This document shows positions 13,095 through 24,217 of a stretch of DNA of 64,000 nt, piece by piece. The notes under the pieces were generated by a model, which searched no databases, was not told the origin of the DNA, and was given only the letters and a program-made list of their open reading frames with translations. The translations under genes were made by a program, and so were the position numbers. The DNA comes from Eledone cirrhosa (Eukaryota): positions 110,298,001-110,362,000 of the forward strand of contig OZ024741.1 in assembly GCA_964016885.1 (NCBI GenBank). The letters run 5' to 3'. How positions within the stretch are numbered: the first letter of the stretch is position 1; each line of letters starts with the position of its first letter.

Positions 13095-13188
13095 CCAACA
13101 CATAGTTTTGCTTCTGCTGGACACCACCAGAGGGCTTCCTAAAACCGTGTTTCTTTAGAAATACGAAATTTCTATATATATATATATA

Positions 13189-13264
13189 TTGGGTTGTAAC
13201 ATAAATTCCCGCCGTTGTTATAATTTGGTTAATAAAAACGGCGATAGTTTATGTTACAACCTAA
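13189..13264. mobile_element. mariner-like MITE (76 bp)
   Basis: TIRs TTGGGTTGTAACATAAA / TTTATGTTACAACCTAA with TA flanks. Confidence 0.7.
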
Positions 13265-13373
13265 TATATATATATATATATATATATATAGATTAATCAC
13301 CTCAATTACACAGACGAGAAAACTATATATTCTCGACTGTTTTCTTATCCAGCAGTTGTAAGCGGTGGGAGGG

Positions 13374-13417
13374 ACCATCCTGAGGAAGGCCAGTCAAGCC
13401 TGAAATGCATAGACGGT
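13374..13417 (+). ncRNA. Minimal type I hammerhead ribozyme with palindromic stem III
   Basis: ACCATC-CTGAGGA-AGGC cagtcaa GCCT-GAA-ATGCAT-A-GACGGT. Confidence 0.75.
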
Positions 13418-13429
13418 TGTCCCCCTTGC

Positions 13430-13465
<36 letters not shown>

Positions 13466-13487
13466 GGGGTAACAAATAATAGTTAAA

Positions 13488-13559
<72 letters not shown>

Positions 13560-13570
13560 ATAATAAATTT

Positions 13571-13792
13571 GAAGACTAAAATCCAAAGAGGGCTCGATAA
13601 GGATAAATATATATCAAATATATAAGAACCGTAGAGCAAATATTTATTAAAATAACAGATTAAAGATTAAGCAAAGAATCGCTGTTTTCACTCTTAACGG
13701 GATCTTCTGAAGCTCAGAGTTTCAGAAGATCCCGTTAAGGGTGAAAGCAGCAATTCTTAGCTTAAACTTTAATCTGTTATTTTAATAAATAT
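13571..13792. mobile_element. Palindromic element (arms 13640-13792) with unpaired tail, PLE-like
   Basis: Imperfect inverted repeat centred at ~13715; contains a hammerhead-like CAGAAGA...GAAA; tail shared with 826-886. Confidence 0.6.
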
Positions 13793-13983
13793 ATATATAT
13801 ATATCATTTATGTTAGGTTGTTTACCATTGGGTATAATCGGGGGTAAACGATCTTGCATTATAATCGGATGATAGAGCTTGACCATCGAAATATGTAGTA
13901 CTTTCACGGAATTAAAATTCTAAAGTAAATTTTCCAGTCCGGCCTTCTGTTGTTGTTTTAATGTGTGTGTGTGTGTGTGTATG

Positions 13984-14026
<43 letters not shown>

Positions 14027-14030
14027 TAGT

Positions 14031-14300
14031 GAAGGCGTGTGGCTGAGTGGTTAGAGAATTGGATTCGCAATCGTAAGGTTGTGAGTTCGATTCCTGGACC
14101 AGGCGATGCGTTATGTCCTTGAGCAAGACACTTTATTTCACGTTGCTCCTTCTACCTGGAGTTGCGACCGATAGATAGTATTAGCAATTGGAAAGACCAA
14201 CGGAAACATTGTTCCCTCGGTCCGATTTGACGAAAGTCGATCGTCTTCCATATATAGTTTTCTGAGTGTGAATTGTGATTACGAATGAATGAGCCCGCGA
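14031..14300 (+). mobile_element. tRNA-derived SINE, family 2
   Basis: GAAGGCGTGTGGCTGAGTGG (A-box), GAGTTCGATTCC (B-box), TCCTTGAGCAAGACACTT. Confidence 0.75.
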
Positions 14301-14722
14301 TATGTAAATATAGATTACTTAAAATATATAACAACTAAGCATATTTTCGTTGGTACTTAGAGTTTCATGATAATATCCGATTAATCAACGTACTATATAT
14401 ACATAAGATTCGTTGTCATGTATTTTAAGTAATATATATGTGTATGGGTGTGTGTGTGAGAGAGAGAGAAGTAAAAAAACATAAGGAGCATATTAATCGT
14501 ATGCGTCCCAACGCAAATGACCATATATGGTAAGATAGTTATCCATATTGTATTTGTGAATGTAATTACGTACATGGAAAAAACATGAACAATGTAACAA
14601 AGAACTAATATATTAGATTACTTTCTACATGTTATTTCCATGTAAATGTTAATATATAGGGATATAGTTTCTGAATCTATACATTATATATATATATATA
14701 TATATGAATTATATATATATAA

Positions 14723-14757
<35 letters not shown>

Positions 14758-14940
14758 ACCCTTTTCGGTCACGAATGGCCATCATATTTCCATATTTGCA
14801 CCTGGAAAGTTCCACCCCAAAGCACAAGCCTAGGCAAGATGTTTTTTTCTGGAAAACCGGCAGTCGCCTATGCATAGAAGTCTCCCCTCTCTACCCCACC
14901 ATTGTGTATACATCTTTTTAGGACACCCTGCACATATGTG

Positions 14941-14975
<35 letters not shown>

Positions 14976-15027
14976 GTGTGTGTGTGAGTATATATATATA
15001 TATATATCTGTGAGAATATATATATAT

Positions 15028-15236
15028 AGGAAAATGTTTAACCCCGACGGCAGAGCTCAAGCCGTTTCGACGGCTATTTCTGGGCTCGAAATATTTCTGG
15101 GTTCAGAAATAGCCGTCGAAACCGCTTGAGCTCTGCCGTCGGGGTTAAACATTTTCCTATTACCCACTCTACTACCCTAAGTATTGAGTACTCTGGTGCG
15201 TTATGGTCCACCTGGTTCCTTACCACACTTCCTTCG

Positions 15237-15240
<4 letters not shown>
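15028..15240 (+). mobile_element. Palindromic mini-derivative of the PLE pLTR
   Basis: Arms AGGAAAATGTTTAACCCCGACGG / CCGTCGGGGTTAAACATTTTCCT plus the tail ending CTTCGTTAT, in (TA)n. Confidence 0.85.
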
Positions 15241-15300
<60 letters not shown>

Positions 15301-15384
15301 TTTACACAGAAAGAGAGATGAACAAATAAAACAAAACAAACACAGGGATGCAAAATCAAGTCTTATTAGGATCACGCTTATAAG

Positions 15385-15435
15385 GAAGTGGAGGAGTGTG
15401 TGTGTGTGTGTGTGTGCGTGTGTGTGTGTGTGTGT

Positions 15436-15477
<42 letters not shown>

Positions 15478-15559
15478 GCAGACCATTGACGCGGCTTTGA
15501 AATGGAGAGTGTGATTAAGTCGGAAAAAGACAGGAAGCATGGTAGAGAGAAAGAGAGAG

Positions 15560-15640
<81 letters not shown>

Positions 15641-15747
15641 GAGAGAGACCAGTGATATTTTGAACCAACACCACCTGCACAACCGCTACCAGCATCAACA
15701 ACAATAACAACAGTAATTGCTTCTACTGCGTCGACGATGACAACAGA

Positions 15748-15835
<88 letters not shown>
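15385..15835. repeat. Microsatellite cluster (GT)n, (GATA)n, (GA)n, (TAC)n, (TAA)n
   Basis: Read directly from the sequence. Confidence 0.95.
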
Positions 15836-15838
<3 letters not shown>

Positions 15839-16379
15839 AGGTGGAGAGGGCGTGGAGTGGAGCGAGGTATTGTGAACTTGTAAGAACGTAGTGTAGTGTT
15901 GTAGACGTCTGGAGGGGGTAGTATCGGCAGATGTAATAGCGCACTGCATAATTATCTAACGGTACAACAGGTGCACTGATATGCAACACTGAACAGTTAC
16001 AAGGGGTTGTAGGGAGAGGAGACAAACCGAGCCCTCTCAGCCGCAACGAAGAAGTGAAGAAGAAGGAGGAGGAGTCGGTGGTGATGGGGGGGGGGGGGAT
16101 AGGATGACGGTGTTTTACAGTGGTCATTTTATGATTCAATTCAATAGCAATGTGGCTGGTACGCACACACACACGCACACACACACGCGCACACACACAC
16201 ACACACACACACAGGATTACATCTTGTTTTTTTTTCTTTTAGGCTTGCTTTTCACCATGTCGTTGTTGTTTGCTATTTTTATTACCTTTTTCAAATCCTA
16301 CAGAGATCAGCTTTGCCTTGCATCCTTTCGGTGTCAATAAAATAAAGTACCAGTAATGCTAAAGTATGAAGTCTCTCTC

Positions 16380-16652
16380 GAGCTCGGAGGCTCATGAGGC
16401 CGGTTCTTATCTCGGTTTCTGTGGCGTGAATCAACTGAGAGTACAAAACGTTTCCCTAGACAGGACGCCAGTCTATCGCGGGGTTAACCCCCCAGTTATT
16501 GCTGGTACTCATTTTCGGATGAGCATACTGGAGCAACATGAACTGAAGTGTTTTTTGCTCAAGAACACATCATGCAACTTAGCCCAGGATTCGAACCAAC
16601 GACATTGTGATCATAAGTCCAACACTCTTACCACTAGGTCACGCGCCTCCAC
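16380..16652 (-). mobile_element. tRNA-derived SINE (family 2-related head)
   Basis: Minus strand GGAGGCGCGTGACCTAGTGG...GGTTCGAATCC...GTGTTCTTGAGCAA. Confidence 0.7.
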
Positions 16653-17084
16653 ACCAGTAACGCATGTTGGTTGATTTAATCAACTTTCCTCTCCCCAAAA
16701 TGTCTTGGCTTTATGCCTAAAATCAGATTCCATTTTTGTCACCTCTGATGATGTACTATAGTTAAAGCTATACCCCGCACCTTTTTTTTGTTGTTGTAAT
16801 GCAGGTATTAGTTAAATTGTTGTATTGAGATATATGTGTTATATAGAACCTGCTCCTTGTTTAATTAATTAGCTAACATTTGAAGACTATTTTTGTATGC
16901 TAATGTTTATATCAACTGGGTCCCTAAATGATTCCTTCATCTTTGTAAGGTATTAAATGATTTAAGAAATCTATACTCTCATCTGAATTTGTTGTATATG
17001 CTGTGTGTTATGTGTCACCTTTTTCTTCTTTTATTAAATAACATCTCTTCTATATTTTTATCTATGACATAAACATATCGAGTT

Positions 17085-17258
17085 TGGTAGTATCGGTAGA
17101 GGGTTGGACGCCATGCTATCCAGCATAGTTACATCCCTTTACGGTCAGAGTTCAAATTCCGTCGAGGTTAACTTTGCCTTTCATCCTTACGAGGTCGATA
17201 AAATAAAGTACCAGTAATGTACTGGGTGATTGTTGGTCTTATGCCAAAAGTAGAAACA
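17085..17258 (+). mobile_element. tRNA-derived SINE, family 1
   Basis: GAGTTCAAATTCC...GAGGTTAACTTTGCCTTTCATCC...GTCGATAAAATAAAGTACCAG. Confidence 0.75.
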
Positions 17259-17366
17259 ATTATTAATTGACAATTTAAAATTTTTTTTGTTAACTCCATA
17301 TATATATATATATATAATTATAAGTTTGAAGAACAGTCAGACAAAATATATCCAATTTTTCTTTTC

Positions 17367-17580
17367 CTTAGTCCGTAGAAATTAACTAGATAAATAATCA
17401 TTTAAACGGAGCTAAGTTTAAAATGTAACTACGAAGAAATAACAGATAAATGTCACAGACTATCTCTTGTGCGGAATAGCCAGATAAAATTTACCTAGTC
17501 TTTCTTCTTAGTCCGTAGAAATTAACTAGACAAATAATCAATTAAATGGAGCTAAGTCTAAAATGCAATTTTGAAGAAAA
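17367..17580. repeat. Two-copy direct repeat, period ~140 bp
   Basis: CTTAGTCCGTAGAAATTAACTAGA...GGAGCTAAGT occurs at ~17367 and ~17506. Confidence 0.7.
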
Positions 17581-18323
17581 AATGTATATAAACTTTACCA
17601 AAATTCTTCTAGTCCCGAATATCGATAGATTCGCTCGTACTTTGTGGATATGTCCAATCCTGGTGTTATCCATGAGGTTTCGAGCTTCTCAAGAGACTAC
17701 TTCAAGAGGACTAAAATTTCTACAGTGATCACCGCCAGAAATGAATTCAAAATGGGTAAGAATCATCACGTGGCTAGCGGTCAAAGTAGAAGGGTGTGAA
17801 GGGTAGGCCGGATAGCAGGTAGGTTCTCTGCTAGAAGGAGTAGTTAGTTATCGCCTAAGGTTTACTCAACCGAAAGGGAGTATAGAATAAATTCATAAGG
17901 ATATATATGTATATATTTAGACATAGTCACATATACAAATATGAGTGTGGCTACCTTCATATATATATATGAAAAGATTCAAGACCCCGACGGCTGATCT
18001 CCGGCCGTACCCCAAATATCGAGTACTCTGGTGGGTTATGGTCCACACGCTATCTGATATATGTAGGAGAAGGAAAACTCTGATGTAACACCTACAACTC
18101 TGATGGTATCCAATGATGTTGACTTGTTCTTCTTTTTGGTAAATATCATCTTGGTTAAGGGAGTGGGACTGGCTTTGTGCAGTGCCTTTGCTCACTATAA
18201 AAGCTTCACGGCACAGGCATTGCTTTATATCTGCACTTGTCGTCACATGATACCATGGGCCCAGCACTATGTGTCAATAATTGTCACAAGAACGGGGAAA
18301 AACGAATATAATACGTCATTATT

Positions 18324-18512
18324 TGGAGCGGTGGATTGGCAGTATCGATAGAGTCGAACGCCATGCTTTGAAGCATAGAGTTACGTCCCTTTATGATCTG
18401 AGTTCAAATCCCGCCGAGGTTAACTTTGCCTTTCATCCTTACGGGGTCGATAAAATAAAGTACCAGTAATGAACTGGGTAATTGCTGGCCTTGTGCCTAA
18501 AATAGAAACAAT
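18324..18512 (+). mobile_element. tRNA-derived SINE, family 1
   Basis: Same body as the copies at 285 and 17085. Confidence 0.75.
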
Positions 18513-18517
18513 TATTT

Positions 18518-18732
18518 GGAGCGGTGAAAAACAATTACACGCAAAGACAAAACCACGTTTATGGTATAAAAGAAGTCGTAGACTAATATTCTATTAGGTG
18601 TTTCATAGAGACGTTCTCTGGCAATGAACGGAAAAAACGAAGATAATACGTCATATGTGGAGCGGGGAGAACAATTGCACGCAAAGACAAAACCACGTAA
18701 ATGTTATAACTGAGGTCGTAGACTAAAATTCT
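18518..18732. repeat. Two-copy direct repeat, period ~141 bp
   Basis: GGAGCGG...ACAATT.CACGCAAAGACAAAACCACGT...GTCGTAGACTAA occurs twice. Confidence 0.7.
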
Positions 18733-18762
18733 TTGGATTTTAGTCTTCAAATTCATTATTAT

Positions 18763-18816
<54 letters not shown>

Positions 18817-18830
18817 ATAATAATAATAAT

Positions 18831-18865
<35 letters not shown>

Positions 18866-18992
18866 GGAGAGAGAGAGAGAGAGAATTAGTATATTTACCA
18901 ACATATGCGTATAGATGTACACTAATGCTAGCAAATACATAAGTTATGTCATAGTACCTAGGTGGTTCAATGCAGGAGGATGCAGAACAATT

Positions 18993-19098
18993 ATATGAAA
19001 GACGTAAAATAAAAAAATTTTAAAAATTAAAAATTAACTTACTTACTAAAATTTTAGTAAGTTAATTTTTAATTTTTAAAATTTTCTTATTTTACGTC

Positions 19099-19106
<8 letters not shown>
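18993..19106. repeat. AT-rich inverted repeat adjoining (TA)n
   Basis: ATATGAAAGACGTAAAATAA.../...TTATTTTACGTCTTTCATAT. Confidence 0.75.
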
Positions 19107-19165
<59 letters not shown>

Positions 19166-19284
19166 AATGGCTCAGTGTTGAATCTTATTTCACTAGAGTT
19201 ACAGAGGTGAAACTCCAGAATAACAAAACTCATCACATAATATTTCGTTATTAATTACTCATTCTGACGTCCATTAACATTACT

Positions 19285-19408
<124 letters not shown>

Positions 19409-20040
19409 GATGTATGTATGTATATATGTATGTGTGTATGTCGTATGTCATCATCATCGTTCTATTGCAGTAGCCGTCTACCACAATTCTCATCCAACAA
19501 CTGCAGCTTTCATAATCAAATGCAGGCCTGTGGTCGGCTGATTAACTCTGGATGTCGGTGAAAATAGAATCTCTTAGCGGAATTTGAACTCAGAAGGCAA
19601 AGAGCCGGATCGGATATTACAAGACGTTGCGTCCGACACATTAGCAATCCATCGGCCCTTGAAGAATGACAGGCAAAGTTGACCTCGGCAGAATTGGGAC
19701 TCAGAAAATAAAGAACCGGAACAAATACTACAGGATTTTTGTCCGACGTACTAACGATTCTGCTAAAAAACGACTCCTCATCTAGATACATACTATGTAC
19801 AGCAATGTGACTTCCGCTTCGATCTAAAATCTTTCCTGATACTTGGAATATTCATGGCTATTTTTACCACAAGTATTTGGTTTGTAGATTAACAAATAAC
19901 TACAAATTTTAGTTTCAGCATGAAGGTAACTCTTCTGAATAGATAGGGCTGTGTTTGCCCTTAAAACCTGCGCTGACCCTTAAAAGAGAAAAAAAAAGAT
20001 TTCCATTTCAAAGGAAAAGAATTTATTACAAATGATATAA

Positions 20041-20258
20041 GGGCGGTAGATTGGCAGAATCGAAAGAGCGTCGAATGAAATGCCATTGCAGTATTTGTTC
20101 TAGTTCATTATATTCTGAGTGCAAAACCCGGCGAGGTCAACTTTGTCTTTTATCCTTCCAGAGTCGATAAAATAACGTACCAGCCAACTACTGGAGTCGT
20201 TTCCTTAACGTTGCTTTCCCTCCAAATTTGCTAACCTTGTGTCAAAATGAGAAAACAA
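20041..20258 (+). mobile_element. tRNA-derived SINE, family 1 (diverged); further minus-strand fragments at ~19560-19765
   Basis: GAGGTCAACTTTGTCTTTTATCCT...GTCGATAAAATAACGTACCAG. Confidence 0.65.
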
Positions 20259-20350
20259 TATTTCAAATTATGCATATAAATGCACACACATGCATTTGTG
20301 TGTGAATGTGAATGAGAGGGGGGAGAAAGAGAGAGAGAGTGAGAGAGAGA

Positions 20351-20412
<62 letters not shown>

Positions 20413-20652
20413 AAAGGAAGAGATACCTATAAGCTTCTTCGTACTACAGGTTATGAGGGAGGTGGGTATGTATGATTTAAATCAATCTCTACTACCAGTT
20501 TTACTATCACGTTCCTCTTTTATTTAACAAATGTTGTTTCAATTGTATACCCAAATACTCACAAATACGCACACATACACACACATATTCGTATATATGT
20601 ATATATATATATATATATATATACATACATATATATATACATATATATATAC

Positions 20653-20683
<31 letters not shown>

Positions 20684-20740
20684 TATATGTATACATGTAT
20701 ATATATATATATATGTATACATGTATATATATATATATGT

Positions 20741-20783
<43 letters not shown>

Positions 20784-20818
20784 ATTTTTAGTTATACATA
20801 TATATATATATACATATG

Positions 20819-20935
<117 letters not shown>

Positions 20936-20963
20936 GTATATATATATATGTATATATATATAT

Positions 20964-21635
20964 GAATGAGTTTTACAGTAGATTGGAAGCACTCAACGGT
21001 AAATAATTTTCAGGAGTTATTAATATTAAAATGTAAGTATTAATAAAATAGATGTTCTTTTGATCAATTACATTTTATTATACATATTTCGGATGTACAA
21101 CAGTACGTCCTCATCAGACAAAATATAATGATACATGACATACCCTGAGATGTTAAATGGTTAAGATTTAATCAAGGTAGTGATTACCCGATAGAAAATG
21201 TTGCTTATATAATATCTGTGTGAGAGTGCGAAAACGTAATGAATTCATTAGAGAATGTGTGAGTAAGAAAAAACGTTGCATACTTAAAGTGTTCTAAAAT
21301 TTTAGAACACTTTAAGTATGCAACGTTTTTTCTTACTCACACATTCTCTAATGAATTCATTACGTTTTCGCACTCTCACACAGATATTATATAAGCAACA
21401 TTTTCTATCGGGTAATCACTACCTTGATTAAATCTTAACCATTTAACATCTCAGGGTATGTCATGTATCATTATATTTTGTCTGATGAGGACGTACTCTT
21501 GTACATCCGAAATATGTATAATAAAATGTAATTGATCAAAAGAACATCTATTTTATTCATACTTATATTTTAATATTAATAACTCCTGAAAATTATTTAC
21601 CGTTGAGTGCTTCCAATCTACTGTAAAACTCATTC
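20964..21635. repeat. 672-bp spacerless near-perfect palindrome carrying a hammerhead on each arm
   Basis: Centre CTAAAA|TTTTAG at 21299/21300; only a few mismatches between arms. Confidence 0.95.
21470..21531 (+). ncRNA. Minimal type I hammerhead (mirror copy on the minus strand at ~21068-21129)
   Basis: TTATATTTTGT-CTGATGA-GGACGTAC tctt GTACATCC-GAAA-TATGTA-TAATAAAATGTAA. Confidence 0.65.
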
Positions 21636-22081
21636 TTTGACATAATCATCGAATATTGTTTAACAACTTAATACTTATATATGTATATATATTTATTATT
21701 ACATATATATATATTTGTGTGTTTATATATATATATATGTATGTATGTATGTATATGTGTATATATACATATATACTTATTGCGTATACATGTATGTATA
21801 TATATGTATGTATATGCGTATACATGTATGTAGATGTGTATATTATTATTATTATTATTATTATTATTGAATGCCATGGTTGACGGAGGCTCGGCTCTGT
21901 AAGGTATAGTAATTTTTAACCGTTAAAACAATTGTAAATTGTTTAAAACTTGAACCAAATTGTTGATAAAGACACCCTCCTCCTCGTGAGAGGGGTCTTT
22001 CTGTCCGTTATTTGGCCCTTCGGGGTTAAATAGCCAGTTATTGGGGTTTTGTACCCAAAATTTCATTTTAAACAAAAAAAC

Positions 22082-24182
22082 ATGGCTACCAAAAAAAAAA
22101 AAATTTCACACGTCACTCCCACTCATTCCGTCTTCTTCTTCCTCAATCATCACTACAGGAGAGAGAAGATTGTCTCTCTCCCTCCCTTCTTTAAATGTGT
22201 CTCTCTCCCTACCTTCTCTTTCGCAAGCGACGAAAGAAAAGAAAAGTCTCGTGCAAAGCGTGCAAGGTTTCTCCACGACGACGACGACAGCGACGAAACA
22301 GGTGTGCGGGAAATACGAAAACCCAGTTCATTCGTCTGACGTCAGGAATAATAGCAGTAGCAGCCGTAATAACAACAGCAACAGTGACAATGAAAACAAC
22401 AGTAGCAGCCGCAACAGCATCACCAGCAGCATAAACAACAACAGCATTAGCAGCAGCAACACCAACAACAACCACAGCAACAGCGGCGGAGGCAGTAGTC
22501 GTAGTACCTGCAGCAACAACAAAAGTACCAGCAGCTCTGACGACAACAACAACAGCAGAGAAAAACCAATCTCATTTGCAGGTATTGCGAAAAACCTGGA
22601 AACAATCCTCATAACAAATGAGGAATTAGAGGAAGCGAAGAAGATGGTGACAAAGAACGGACACCGAGCAATCTGCAAGGCAGCGAAAAATTTTTTCGAA
22701 ACCCAAGAGCACTGTACGGTCACGTACCGTACAGTAAGTACAAAATCCCGTAGGGTGGAAAGAGCCACAGAGGCCCAAATACAAAAAGCCTTGGGGTCTG
22801 TGTGGCAGAGGAAAACGCACATCACCCGAGGCAAAAAATACGCCACCGTAGACGTACTTTTTGCCACACCCCAGGAGGCAAAGGCCCAATCAGTAGTGAC
22901 CCTAAGGAGCGAGGAAATGGTGTTGGTGCCCTCCTACTGCGGGCAAAAAATTGTGAGGGTCAAACTGACCCACGTCCCCCCCGGAATGACCCCTTCTTGG
23001 CTGGCCGCGTCTGTCCTCGTCGGAATCGAGGACAAAACAACTGTACTGCAAGTACAGAAAAAAGTAAGAGAAGATTGGGTCGGCTCCTCCATTGAGATGC
23101 TAATCCAAACCAACCAGGAGTGCATCGAAGCTATCCCGGATGTGATAGACTTCGATAACGGCACTCAACTGCCCATAAGTGTTGAGGGCAAACGCCCGAA
23201 ATGCTTTCGCTGTGGATCGAAGACTCACCTCAGGGCCTTCTGCAACGAGAAGACCCTGAGAAAGGAGAAAACCCCCCTCCTCCCGAATCCGGTTCCACGG
23301 CTACCAGCAACAGGACAAGCGGCAACCAGGAACGATAGGTCCGTGGCACCCATACCCACTCCACGGAAATCAAAGACAGCAGCAGCAGTGGAAATATTAA
23401 CAACAACAACAGCAATACCAAATGCAGCTGCAACAGAGACTCCAGTGCAAACATCACCAACAACAACAAGTGAAAGAGTGGAGCTGGTACCCCTCCCCGA
23501 CCTTACAGAATCAGACATGGAGTGTGAGGTGGGAGAGGGATGGCAAAAGGTCTCAAGAAGGCACAAACGCAGAAGCAGCGCATCGTCGCCTTTGAAAAGG
23601 GAGGAAAGAAATGAGAAAAGGGTAAAGTCTACTGCAAAGAGACCCACAGCAGCAACACCACCAACACCATCACCACCCACACCAGCACCACCATCACCAC
23701 CGGCGACAACCCCACCGCCAACAACACCTTCAACACCACCACCACAAGCACCAACATCGCAAACACAACAACAAAACACACACACCCAGCAACAACGACA
23801 AGAAAATAGCAGAACCACACCCCACCCCCAGAAAAACAAATGCACGGCAATAAACACACACAACAAGAAACTAATGACTTACATAATTGAACACACAGAC
23901 ATTTCACAACAGGACTACATAATACCAGCACCAATCAAAACGCCAACTAACATAAGACTGCTAAAAATAGCACAGAAACAATACACAAACATTAAAACGA
24001 AATTCCCCAACGCAGTTGGTGATTTCAGGGACCTAGGAGGAACCATTAATCGAAGAGTATATTCAGACATTCTCTTAGAAGAGCCGACGACCAGCCGAAG
24101 GGACGATTCAACGGTCCCTTCACCAGACGATCAAGTGAAAAGGGATGTAAAAACCATCCCTCCTCTACCAAAAATACGGTAA
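22082..24182 (+). pseudogene. ORF1 copy 1, frameshifted just after the ATG
   Basis: An A13 run replaces AAAAAGAAA (+4 nt) after ATGGCTACC; the rest is intact, including CFRCGSKTHLRAFC. Could be a homopolymer sequencing error. Confidence 0.7.
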
Positions 24183-24217
24183 GTGGTCTTTCCCATCTTT
24201 TCCACTCTATTTTAAAC

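Noticed and set aside
21898-21920. SL-RNA-like AAG|GUAUAG followed by Sm-like AAUUUUUAA
   Set aside because: The Sm site lacks the G after the U-run, and the spacing and stem-loops do not fit an SL RNA.
22041-22081. TTG starts given for ORF1 in the ORF track (713/709 aa)
   Set aside because: These are non-AUG starts inside the structured UTR; the AUG of MATKKK is the more plausible start in a eukaryote.
22328-23934. Antisense ORFs (179 aa, 213 aa and others) repeated in each unit
   Set aside because: They are shadow frames of the low-complexity, A/C-rich ORF1 and have no domain motifs; they recur only because the units are near-identical.
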